Below are positions 10,160-19,503 of a DNA stretch of 64,000 bases, in pieces; the first letter of the stretch is position 1; every line of letters starts with the position of its first letter. Under the pieces are notes generated by a model. That model was given only the letters and a program-made list of their open reading frames with translations. It had not been told where the DNA came from and did not search any database. Both the position numbers and the translations under genes were made by a program. Origin of the DNA: Candidatus Thorarchaeota archaeon (GTDB lineage: Archaea > Asgardarchaeota > Thorarchaeia > Thorarchaeales > Thorarchaeaceae); assembly GCA_046482545.1 (NCBI GenBank), contig JAWOEX010000021.1:1-64000 (forward strand). Direction: 5' to 3'.

Positions 10160-11230
10160 CTAGTCTAGTCCCAATCCAATAAAATCATCGTAAAAGCTTC
10201 GGACTTGTTTTTCGTTTTCTCCGCCGATGTAAATCATGATTCCGCTTTTCAGAATACTTACGACGCCCTCAAGATGAATTTTGAAGGTGACTCCGAGATT
10301 TGCATCTACCAGAATTTCAAATCCCTCTTCCTTAGCGTGTGCTACCAGATCATCAAGATTCAGATTCTGGCGCATGGAGGGTTGAACAACAAAGGTCCGG
10401 CGGCCTCCTCGACCGCAGATTTCTTCGATTTCCTTATGTTCCACCAGCTCTGGTTTTCCAGATGGTGTCTCACCACAGACGGAACAGGATGGCGATTTGC
10501 TGATGGCAACAGAGTCAAGGCTCAAATCGAATATATCAAAATACGCCAATTTGCAGGCCAAATTCGGTTCTTTTCCTAGGAGGATTCGGATAGCCTCAGA
10601 AGCTTCGATACTTGCAATGACACCCAAAAGAGATGGATGAACACCTACAACAGCACACTTCGGAAGGTCTTCCTCCGGAACGTTTGAGTAGAAGCATTCC
10701 AGGCAGGGGGTCTTACCGGGAACAAGTGTGGATACGGTTCCGTAGGTTCTTATCGCCCCTGCAAAGACATAAGGTACACCGTGCTTCTGACAGGCACGGT
10801 TTACAAGGAATCGAGCGGAGAGATTATCTAACCCATCCACTACAACATCAACGTCACTCACAAGCTCATCCACACTGCCCTCTTGAATCGACCACGGAAT
10901 TGGTTCTATATCGATATGAGGATTGAGAGCCTGAAGTCGTTTTGCTGCTACTTCCACTTTGGGATGTCCAATATCATCGCTAGTATAGAGATGTTGCCGG
11001 TGAAGATTAGACACGCTGACCACATCGCGGTCGATCAATCGGAGATTGCCAACACCCATCGATGCCAACTGAGTTGCCGCTGGTGTCCCCAAGCCTCCAA
11101 GCCCAACGATAGTAGCGCTGCTTCCTTTCAGTCCGATTTGGCCTGCATACCCGATTTCGTCCAGTACAAATTGACGAGAGTAGTATGTCAGTTCATCATC
11201 CGAAAGGTCCACACTGTTGGAATCTGCCAT
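10160..11230 (-). CDS. moeB: ThiF/MoeB/UbaA E1-like adenylyltransferase with C-terminal extension
   Basis: YYSRQ, GLGGLG, DRDVVSVSNLHRQ, CLEC and CSVC zinc pairs, catalytic Cys in PKCAVVG. Confidence 0.88.
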   Translation of the reverse strand: MADSNSVDLSDDELTYYSRQFVLDEIGYAGQIGLKGSSATIVGLGGLGTPAATQLASMGVGNLRLIDRDVVSVSNLHRQHLYTSDDIGHPKVEVAAKRLQALNPHIDIEPIPWSIQEGSVDELVSDVDVVVDGLDNLSARFLVNRACQKHGVPYVFAGAIRTYGTVSTLVPGKTPCLECFYSNVPEEDLPKCAVVGVHPSLLGVIASIEASEAIRILLGKEPNLACKLAYFDIFDLSLDSVAISKSPSCSVCGETPSGKPELVEHKEIEEICGRGGRRTFVVQPSMRQNLNLDDLVAHAKEEGFEILVDANLGVTFKIHLEGVVSILKSGIMIYIGGENEKQVRSFYDDFIGLGLD

Positions 11231-11260
11231 TTCTTCATTTCTCCTAATCTTGAACTTGGT

Positions 11261-11497
11261 TCAATCATTCTTCTGAATCAGAAATCTGAGAATTCCTTCA
11301 TCTTCAGAAAGCTGTAACATGGTATGATCAAGTCGACGCACTAGGCTCGTTATGTCCTTCCTTGCCCCGGGGTCATCCGCGAGAATCTCCAGAATCTCAC
11401 CGGCTTTCATTTTGCCTAGCGCAACCCGTGTCCTTAGCACAGGTTGGGGACATGCCAATCCAATGCAATCTTCAGTCCTGTCTGGCTTTTCGGTCAA
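11261..11497 (-). CDS. tusA: TusA/SirA sulfur-carrier protein
   Basis: DCIGLACPQP motif, ADDPGA, 78 aa, directly upstream of the E1-like gene. Confidence 0.9.
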   Translation of the reverse strand: MTEKPDRTEDCIGLACPQPVLRTRVALGKMKAGEILEILADDPGARKDITSLVRRLDHTMLQLSEDEGILRFLIQKND

Positions 11498-11628
11498 AGC
11501 GTCTCACCTGTTTGATTTCGCTTCGTTAAAATCTGACAATATCAAGGAACGAAGTTCTCTACAACTGTCTGTCATCGGGAACAACTAAGGTTTCTGGTGA
11601 TTGCAGTTATTGGTGAAGTAGGATTCAT

Positions 11629-14487
11629 CTACCTTCGACGTACTAGGTAAATGATGATAATCAGAGCAAGAATCGCTATACCACCAACAAGGTATATGTT
11701 ATCTCGCAAGTAGTCCATGATATCAGGAACTTCAGTAGTAACCGTTGTTGTGCCTGTGGTAGCTGTAGTAGTTGCTTCGGTCGTTGTCGTGCTAGTGTCT
11801 GTTGTTGTAGTCGTAGTAGTTGACGCTTGCACGGTATACGAATCTACCGAGGTCTGTGCGGTTTCGCCAGCTGAATCTTGAACAACAAAACGATACAACA
11901 CAGTCTCACCTGCAGAGTGTCCCGGTATGGTTGCAACATAGTAGCCAGAATTAAGTATGGCAGAAACCTGACTCTTCGTTGACCAGTCATCCGAAGAATA
12001 CTCAAGGTAGACAGATAGTATTCCGCTCGCATTCTCTGGTTCAGTTGTGTTTACTTTTACTTCTACTACTTCGCTTTCATGAACATCTGTAACGTTCCGC
12101 TCCACGCTGTAAACAATCGGGGGAACATCGTCACCAATCAGAAAGCTACCCGTTTCAGTAAAGGGCAATATGGCTGAACTATTCACAGCAGAGACTGCAA
12201 AATCAACAAACGTATTGTACTGCAACCGGGGGATGCGCCCGTTAAACTGAGAACCGCTCTTGGTCATGTTCAGAGTCGTATTGCTGCTCCAGTAATCTAT
12301 ACTATATGCCAACTGTACGTAATCGGTATTGAGGGCGCGAAGAGTGAAATTCACATCATGATAGTACATCGGGGTCTCAGGTGTGTAGTTCACCTGACTA
12401 ACAAGTGGTAGCTTCAGTGTTTCCTCGACTGCTGCACAAGCATTGAGTTTACCATAGCCCCAGCGCGGATCTGAGGAACTAGGAGACTTAGGCAGCGAGC
12501 CAGTGTACGTGTCGTTGTAAGCAGTGGACTCGATAAGCTCCTTCACTAGATACCCGGATCGATTATTCATCTGGACCATTAGGGCGGCTGTAGCAGCGAC
12601 GTGGGGACCCGCTGCTGATGTGCCGGAGAACATCGTATTTCCTCCGAATACTTGGTAAACCGGCAAACCATCTTGCCCTTGACTCACCCAGCTCGGCCAT
12701 GCCGATTCGTTGGACCAAGATGAAACAACATCATAATCTCCGGGTGCGGTTACGGACATCTTCGGTTTACCATCGATTCTGGGTCCACGAGAAGAGAATG
12801 GGGCGATTATGCCATATGCGGTTTGATAGCTTCGAGAGCTGTACGCGCCTACACTTATCGCAGAGTCTGCTGTGGATGGCCAACTAATTGTGCTGTTATT
12901 TGTTACACCGTCTTGCCATTGGACGCCCCCACCCCATCCTGTTTGGTCATCTGAAATATATAGCTGGTAAGTCGTAGCGAGGGTGGTAGTCACAGATAGA
13001 GTCCAACTCTGTGTCTCCATGATTGTACCATTGATGAGAAAACCCAGCATATTTGTTCCGCGCGACGAAACGGATTTGAAAGTATCAACTGTTATATTAT
13101 CGCCTGTTACGACACGTTCCCAGTTTTGGTATCCATCTCCAAAGCTAAAGATAAGATAGTCACTGTAGTTAGCGGCAGTAGGTTCCCTAAGCTGAGCGAA
13201 AGGGTTCTGCAGGGAATTTGTGGATAGCACTGTAATGTATATGGATGTGGCTCCAGTTCCGGAAGGAACAAAGAAACGCGGATTGATGTAAGCACCAGCG
13301 GTTGCAGTTATTTTCGAATGTCTATTTTGCCCGTAGAGATTTCCTGCAGGGACAATGACTGGTATGCCATCTGAAACCAGTTCGTCAATCATCCTCTCTA
13401 CATTGCTCGAACCGTCCAGATACTGATAGGTCCAAGACCCGACTTCGATCAAGATGACCGTAGCACCATGGTCCTTCGCCCATACTAAGCCTTCCTCCAC
13501 GGTCAAGCCATCAGAACCGAAGATATTGATAGCCATAAGATCTGCTTTTGGTGCTAACCCCATGTATTTGTGATAGCCAAGCTGGCCACCATTGAGAATT
13601 CCTGCAACTGATGTGCCATGACCGTCTGTATCTTCATACGTACAAGAGGTAAGATTCACTCCCCGCTGCCAGAATTCAATACCTGAAGACCCATTATGGA
13701 CTACATAACGGGTTTTGGGAGTCTGCAAAGCCACTAGAGACTCGGTAGTATCTAGAATTGTGTCTCCATCATTATCCGCAGTCACAAAAATGGTATCTTG
13801 CCGGTCAAGCACGCCGGTGTTTGTTCCATTGTCAATCCAGAGCCAATCGATGTCAGTGGTATATGCCCCATCATTATCAACATCTATCAGATGCAGAACC
13901 TCGTCAGCCTGAATTCCGGGATTTCCGTTAAATTCAGTGCCATCGGTTCCCGGATCAAAAATCCCGTTTGTGTTGACATCAAACCAAGAGGTGGAAATAC
14001 CGTCAGCATAGAAGAAATCAGGATGATACCATTGAATTCCTGTATCTAGGTCAGCAATTAGCATCCCTTCGCCTGTAGCATTCACACCGTAGTAATCACG
14101 GAGATTCCATGCTATATCAGCATGAGTTTCCTGCAGTGATACGTCGCGAGGGAGAACATTCTTGTAATGCCTCAAAGGCTCTGCGTTTTCGAACAGATGG
14201 TGCTGCCTGAGTATATCGAAGGAATTCTCGGTACCTTCCAAGATGTATACGTTCCCAATATGCTGTGGCATATCTCCAAAGCTCAGACCCTGAGTTTCTA
14301 AGAGTTCTATTTCTGCCTGTGTCAATTCCCTCGTGAACCGTGCAGAGAAGCGTGATGTTCTGGTCGGACTGAATTGAATGTCAGTGTCGTCTTCTTCTAT
14401 TGGTGTTCCATATGGCTCCATTTCAGAGAAGCAGAGTGCAAAGAACAGCATGATAATAGCGCCAAGCGTGAGCAGTTTCTTATGCAA
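11629..14487 (-). CDS. Membrane-anchored subtilisin-like (S8) serine protease
   Basis: Signal peptide; catalytic triad ADLDTG, DGHGTSVAG, FSGTSAAGP; oxyanion AGN; Thr-rich linker; C-terminal TM followed by RRR. Confidence 0.92.
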   Translation of the reverse strand: MHKKLLTLGAIIMLFFALCFSEMEPYGTPIEEDDTDIQFSPTRTSRFSARFTRELTQAEIELLETQGLSFGDMPQHIGNVYILEGTENSFDILRQHHLFENAEPLRHYKNVLPRDVSLQETHADIAWNLRDYYGVNATGEGMLIADLDTGIQWYHPDFFYADGISTSWFDVNTNGIFDPGTDGTEFNGNPGIQADEVLHLIDVDNDGAYTTDIDWLWIDNGTNTGVLDRQDTIFVTADNDGDTILDTTESLVALQTPKTRYVVHNGSSGIEFWQRGVNLTSCTYEDTDGHGTSVAGILNGGQLGYHKYMGLAPKADLMAINIFGSDGLTVEEGLVWAKDHGATVILIEVGSWTYQYLDGSSNVERMIDELVSDGIPVIVPAGNLYGQNRHSKITATAGAYINPRFFVPSGTGATSIYITVLSTNSLQNPFAQLREPTAANYSDYLIFSFGDGYQNWERVVTGDNITVDTFKSVSSRGTNMLGFLINGTIMETQSWTLSVTTTLATTYQLYISDDQTGWGGGVQWQDGVTNNSTISWPSTADSAISVGAYSSRSYQTAYGIIAPFSSRGPRIDGKPKMSVTAPGDYDVVSSWSNESAWPSWVSQGQDGLPVYQVFGGNTMFSGTSAAGPHVAATAALMVQMNNRSGYLVKELIESTAYNDTYTGSLPKSPSSSDPRWGYGKLNACAAVEETLKLPLVSQVNYTPETPMYYHDVNFTLRALNTDYVQLAYSIDYWSSNTTLNMTKSGSQFNGRIPRLQYNTFVDFAVSAVNSSAILPFTETGSFLIGDDVPPIVYSVERNVTDVHESEVVEVKVNTTEPENASGILSVYLEYSSDDWSTKSQVSAILNSGYYVATIPGHSAGETVLYRFVVQDSAGETAQTSVDSYTVQASTTTTTTTDTSTTTTEATTTATTGTTTVTTEVPDIMDYLRDNIYLVGGIAILALIIIIYLVRRR
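11733..11822 (-). repeat. Low-complexity Thr-rich linker coding repeat (ACN codons)
   Basis: Encodes TTTTTTTDTSTTTTEATTTATTGTTTVTT before the TM anchor; boundaries approximate. Confidence 0.7.
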
Positions 14488-14598
14488 TCAGGTGGCCTCC
14501 ACGCGAACCGTCAATCTATATGGTTTTCTTTACTATTATGAGTTTCGCTGAATATTTGAAGTAATTGCACAAGAGGAAAACAAGGGGTCTCCTCCATT

Positions 14599-15954
14599 TT
14601 ACCCTTTCAAACCTATCACGATGTACTCGCAAGGATATGCCTCAGCAGTGGCATCCTCCCTACTGGTAAACTGCCCCGTTTCCTTATCTCTTGTCTGAGG
14701 AAGTATTTTCGTTGGTATTGGCCGTTTGATAACCCGATCCAATTCGAAGCCGCAATGCTGCACGCTTTCAGCAAAGACCTGTGCGTTCAGGATATCCACC
14801 CCTTTCAATGTTGTATTGCCAATTACGTAGCAACATCTGCCACCACTCTTTAGAATTCGGTAGCTCTCCTCGAACACTTCATCCATGTCAGCAAAGAAAA
14901 TTTTCACGGCTTCAGAAGTTCGCTCGCTTTCTCGGCGGAGGTCACTGACAATCTTCCTTGCGATATCGCTCTTCAAGTCTCGATCTTCAGGATCTCTGTA
15001 CGCAGTCCCTATGAATTCTTCCCTATAATCTCTATAATCCTCAGCGAAGTTAAGCCATATCGTAGAAAGCTGATGAAGATCCGCGTATTCATAACTCGTT
15101 ACATATGGGCTTGAGCTGACAATCAAGTCCACAGATTCGTCGTTTACATTTTGATTGCGCGCATCTCCAACGCGGATATCAAGATAGGAATCAGGATTCT
15201 CTCGTATATTTGGAGGAATCACATCATAGAATTCGTTGTTGCCCCGCAGCATCTTACGCAAGTGCCTACGAAGCGCCGGATATGGTTTCCGAGGGCTCTT
15301 ATCCATGTCTCGCGTTGGTTTCGTGCTGCTTTGAAGCCATATTGAACAGTTCTTCAGGATATGACTGAATCCGATGAGCAAGAAGTCTCTGATTCGGTCA
15401 TCATCTTGGTTGTTTATGATTCGAAGTATCTTTCCCAGCAGGATCTTATTTTCAGGCTCAAACCAATAGTCAATTCGTTCGAGGTTATTTTCGGGGATTA
15501 ATGGTTCAACAGGAGAATCTAGCAATGTTTCCTGAGGTGTTCCTAGAACCCTAATTCTGTTCAAGAAAGATTCAACTTCTCGTTCCAGATAATTGGGCTC
15601 GATTGGCGTTGACTTCACCTTTGTCATCAAGTACGCAATTTCATTAACATCAGTTCCGCTTGCATGATAGCCCCTTGAAATAGCGCTAACCATGGTCGTT
15701 CCGCTGCCGAAGAAAGGATCATTTATGCTGACTTCGCCATTTTCTAAATATTCATCAAAAAGCCGCTCCACGATCTGTGGAATGAATTTGGCGGGATAGC
15801 GATGATAACCATGTGTCCATTTGTTTGTGTCAGACCTGCTGCACTCCGCAAATGACCAAGTCTCGTCAAGGGGAATACTCTCAAATCTATCTACCAAATT
15901 CTCACCAAACCATTCGAGCTGGGCATCAGGATTCACAGTTCCGTCACAGTCCAC
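14599..15954 (-). CDS. Site-specific amino-DNA methyltransferase (probably N4-cytosine, alpha-type motif order), no adjacent endonuclease
   Basis: HGYHRYPAKF; motif I DPFFGSGTT precedes motif IV VSSSPY; RILKSGG. Confidence 0.85.
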   Translation of the reverse strand: MDCDGTVNPDAQLEWFGENLVDRFESIPLDETWSFAECSRSDTNKWTHGYHRYPAKFIPQIVERLFDEYLENGEVSINDPFFGSGTTMVSAISRGYHASGTDVNEIAYLMTKVKSTPIEPNYLEREVESFLNRIRVLGTPQETLLDSPVEPLIPENNLERIDYWFEPENKILLGKILRIINNQDDDRIRDFLLIGFSHILKNCSIWLQSSTKPTRDMDKSPRKPYPALRRHLRKMLRGNNEFYDVIPPNIRENPDSYLDIRVGDARNQNVNDESVDLIVSSSPYVTSYEYADLHQLSTIWLNFAEDYRDYREEFIGTAYRDPEDRDLKSDIARKIVSDLRRESERTSEAVKIFFADMDEVFEESYRILKSGGRCCYVIGNTTLKGVDILNAQVFAESVQHCGFELDRVIKRPIPTKILPQTRDKETGQFTSREDATAEAYPCEYIVIGLKG

Positions 15955-17899
15955 CAGAGCCCATAGGTCTTAAGAAACACACGGAAACCGGCCGCTGCAG
16001 CAGCTCTAAGTTAATATTGCCTTTTTCGGAGGAGATAATGTCTGAAAATTCTTTCGAGAGAAGGAAGATAACAATGGCTGTGGCAATTCCTCCTAGAGAT
16101 AATAGTATCAAAGTTGGAAGCTCGATTCCAAGAAACACAGGGATAGGAAGGTTTTCCGAGTAGGTAGTCAGAGTCATGGGATAGTGATCTATCGACAATG
16201 CATAACCCTCTATTTCATAAACTCCGCTCCCGTCGTAATCACTCCACCAGTTGCCAAAATTATGGCCGTTATCCCACGTGTTGTTCCTCCCATGATCCCG
16301 GGCGTTACCGGCCTTATTCCAGCCAATTCCATTTCCGTAGATGGTGGTGTTCACTGCCCTTCCAATATGTACTCCGTATCCAGTATTGTTTGCAATGAGA
16401 TTATTGTATAGAAGGCATCGACGAGATGACCACGATTGAAATAAAACACCAGCCCCTCCATTGGACACGATTAGGTTCTCGGTAATTCTTGTATTATTGG
16501 TGCCCAGCAGAGTAATAGCTCCAGAATGATAGTTGTGTCCGAACGATTGGCCATTACCTTTAATCGTACATCTTGATAAAACACAGTCCTGATTGAATGA
16601 CATCGTCACAGCCTCATACTGGTTATCGTTTATGATGCATCCGGTGACCCTGCAACCAGAACAAAAAGCCATTTGCAACCCAATCGTACTATTGGACAGA
16701 TTCCGACTTCGCACTTCTACGTCACGGCATTCAACTAAAATTAGTTGACCATAGTTCATTGTATCCAGGATCATCTCTTCTTTGTTTACCAAATAGGTTA
16801 TTGACTGTCCATCAACAGTGTTGTTTGCTATGGTATGTATCCAATTGGATCTGAGATAACCCTCTATTCTCATTCCGGATACACTCATCTGGTTTCCCAC
16901 TATAGTGCTCGAGTTGGTTCTGAACAGTTCTATACCAGAAGTCTTAGCATTCTCTATACTATTAGACCTGATAGTGATGTTCTCGCTGTAAGCTAGCCAA
17001 AATGAACGGTTGGCTCCAAGAACCCGATTGTCATCAAGGATTGCATCCTCAGCTACGGACACATATACCCCGATGTGATTGTCTGTCATAGTATTGTTGG
17101 AGATTTTGCATCCGCTTATTTTACCAGAAATAGCCATACCCGCGTAGGTACCACTAAGCGTGTTGTTGATTACCTGCCAGTTTCTCGCAGATATTACATT
17201 TATGCCGCTACATAATGGATTCATACCGCTACCTCTGAGCTCATTGTCCGCCACAACTGACCCGTCACCTCTACCCAGGATGGTCATCCAAGGATGAAGA
17301 GTATTGGTTATTGTATTTCGCATTATTTCGGATTCGAGGAGGTAGTAGCAGTCAATTGAGCTGCCTGTTTCTTCAAGGTAGTTATCCTTCACTTCTATTT
17401 GAAAACAGAGCTCAGTCTTCATCCCATCGTCACACTGGGAGACTGTGTTATTGCAGACCCGGCATCTCTTCGAATCAATTAGCTCTATACCCACTTGCTT
17501 GGAGGTGATAACGCATCTTTCAAGCCTGCCATTCGTCACATTTCTCATCTGGATTCCTGTCCCCAAAATAGAGCTTTCAGCTAGTAAATAGCATTCTTGG
17601 ACAATAAAGTGGCTAGTCACATTCTGGATAGATATGCATGTATCGTTGGATGCAATCTGTAATCCTTCAATGATGTATGGATCACCAGCCGTCCCAGAGC
17701 CAGGCCAGCTCTGATTTTTAAAATCTAAATCGTTCGCAATGGCTATTGGAGTGTGTGAACTGTATTCGCCCAGATTGAAGTGTCTTCTTTTTGGACTTGG
17801 AACGGTCTCGGTTGCATTCTTGCTATCTGGGGATTCACCCTCCGGAAGGGAAATTATGAACATGACAAAAATAAGACAAAGTAGCAATTTTCTTTCCAT
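15944..17899 (-). CDS. Secreted NosD/CASH parallel beta-helix repeat protein with C-terminal TM
   Basis: GSGTAGDPYIIE start, many IxNNT...GI repeats, GNWWSDY...DHYP end motif. The true C-terminus may end at 16011 after a frameshift. Confidence 0.85.
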   Translation of the reverse strand: MERKLLLCLIFVMFIISLPEGESPDSKNATETVPSPKRRHFNLGEYSSHTPIAIANDLDFKNQSWPGSGTAGDPYIIEGLQIASNDTCISIQNVTSHFIVQECYLLAESSILGTGIQMRNVTNGRLERCVITSKQVGIELIDSKRCRVCNNTVSQCDDGMKTELCFQIEVKDNYLEETGSSIDCYYLLESEIMRNTITNTLHPWMTILGRGDGSVVADNELRGSGMNPLCSGINVISARNWQVINNTLSGTYAGMAISGKISGCKISNNTMTDNHIGVYVSVAEDAILDDNRVLGANRSFWLAYSENITIRSNSIENAKTSGIELFRTNSSTIVGNQMSVSGMRIEGYLRSNWIHTIANNTVDGQSITYLVNKEEMILDTMNYGQLILVECRDVEVRSRNLSNSTIGLQMAFCSGCRVTGCIINDNQYEAVTMSFNQDCVLSRCTIKGNGQSFGHNYHSGAITLLGTNNTRITENLIVSNGGAGVLFQSWSSRRCLLYNNLIANNTGYGVHIGRAVNTTIYGNGIGWNKAGNARDHGRNNTWDNGHNFGNWWSDYDGSGVYEIEGYALSIDHYPMTLTTYSENLPIPVFLGIELPTLILLSLGGIATAIVIFLLSKEFSDIISSEKGNINLELLQRPVSVCFLRPMGSGGL

Positions 17900-18078
17900 A
17901 ACCACGACCTTCTGTGACACCCCAAATAGCACATTTCCGATATGAAAGGCTTAGTTTGTTAGGTTCCCTCAAAGAATTATGTACATCTTGCGCAAGAAAA
18001 GCTCTTTGATTCTTGATTATCATAATAAAATGCGCCTGTGATAGTTGGAGCGTCCAATCTATAAACAGAGGAGCGAGG

Positions 18079-18522
18079 CTAGTCAATCCAAGTATGCTCA
18101 AGGGTTTCCTCCTTGTTCAGGATGTGAACAATACTGCGACCTTTCTCAGCTGGGCGATTGCTTATGTGAACCCGATGGCACTGCGTCCAATCCTTCTCAG
18201 CACACATGATGACGATATCTTTGATTGGCCAGTTGAAGAAGCTTCTCTATTCCCTTTCCAAAATCGTCTGATTTCATGTATTCCATGTACCCCTTGTCCC
18301 TGAACCCTCCGAGTAAATCACCCAACCACTTGTAGTCTATAATTTCTCGGCAAGGGCTTCTCCGAGATTCTTCCGATTGAAATGCGGATTTCTACGTGAG
18401 TGAGGAAAACGACGAACATCAACTACCACGTTGATATGATGGTTTTCAAGGAGATTCAGCAGCTCCTCCAACGACCTGTTGGAATGAGCGATTGTAAATA
18501 TCTCAATCTCATCTCGCGCTAA
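18079..18522 (-). pseudogene. DUF488-family gene broken by two frameshifts (absent from ORF track)
   Basis: Pieced translation: IFTIAHSNRSLEELLNLLENHHINVVVDVRRFPHSRRNPHFN / IDYKWLGDLLGG / IMCAEKDWTQCHRVHI. Shifts near 18343 and 18221; TTA occupies the expected start position after GAGGT. Confidence 0.85.
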
Positions 18523-18648
18523 AGCCCTTACCTCTTTGAAGGGTCGATTGAGTTTAGCTTACCCGGGTAGTCACCTGCTCCTTTGGGTCGCAGAGTCCGC
18601 TCTTCTTCTGGGAACTCTTCCTGTGTAGGAGATGCAAATAGGAGTCAT

Positions 18649-19503
18649 CTATTTGAATTCAGCGAAGAGATCAGATGTCTGTGGATGCTTCCTTCGTTTA
18701 TTGTACCAGGGTCTAAGTTGCGGGAAGGCGTCTTCGAAGGTGGGCCGTTCAGTTTCATAGAAAACACCCAGAGGAACTCTAGCATCATCTGATAGGTTGT
18801 AGTCCCATTCTCGAGCTTTCTCTATGGCTTCTTCGTATCTACTTGTGTCGTGGTCAACCCAGTAAGAATGCTCTTTCATGAAGTCTCTCGTGTCATTGTA
18901 AACGACACACGGTTGAATAATATCAACAAAAGAGAAGCCTCTGTGCATAATTGCCCGTTTGAACACGTCCTTGGATTCACCAATGTTGAACGAGTATGTT
19001 CTCGCAACGAAAGTAGCTCCAGCTTCTAAGGCAAGAGCGACAGGATTAACTGGCTGGGCCGGTTTGCCCAAAGGTGTTGATTTGGTCTTCTTGCCCTTGC
19101 TTGTGGTGGCGGTAGGTTGTCCTGTAGTCAGTGAAAACATCTTATTGTTATGCAATGCTAACGTAAAATTCGCATTATTCCTAGCTGCATGGATGAAATG
19201 TGCCATGCCTTCATCTAGTGTATCACCGTCTCCACCGAAAGCAACCACACTAAGTTCGGGATTTCCTAATCGTACGCCTAGAGATATGGGCAATGTTCGA
19301 CCATGGGGTGTTCGGACAGAATTGAGTTCCAAGTAATCAGAAATCTTCCCATGACAACCGATTCCAGCAACAACTACAACGTTTTTCTTCTTGATTTCTC
19401 CCGATTCAATAAGATCACTAATGGCCCGTCTTGCAAATACTAACAGTGGAAAATTGCCGCATCCCGGACACCAAGTGTTTTCAGCTGGCGTTTCAAATCT
19501 CAT
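18649..19503 (-). CDS. korB: 2-oxoacid:ferredoxin oxidoreductase beta subunit (substrate unknown)
   Basis: TWCPGCG, GIGC, GGDGD TPP motif, TTGQ; ATGA overlap with the alpha-subunit stop. Confidence 0.92.
   Translation of the reverse strand: MRFETPAENTWCPGCGNFPLLVFARRAISDLIESGEIKKKNVVVVAGIGCHGKISDYLELNSVRTPHGRTLPISLGVRLGNPELSVVAFGGDGDTLDEGMAHFIHAARNNANFTLALHNNKMFSLTTGQPTATTSKGKKTKSTPLGKPAQPVNPVALALEAGATFVARTYSFNIGESKDVFKRAIMHRGFSFVDIIQPCVVYNDTRDFMKEHSYWVDHDTSRYEEAIEKAREWDYNLSDDARVPLGVFYETERPTFEDAFPQLRPWYNKRRKHPQTSDLFAEFK

Noticed and set aside
14599-15954. Complete restriction-modification system
   Set aside because: No endonuclease or specificity gene is adjacent.
18525-18625. Minus-strand peptide FPEEERTLRPKGAGDYPGK resembling a RuvB/RFC N-terminus, plus palindrome tacccgggta
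   Set aside because: No start codon, only about 30 codons; the similarity is too short to distinguish from chance.
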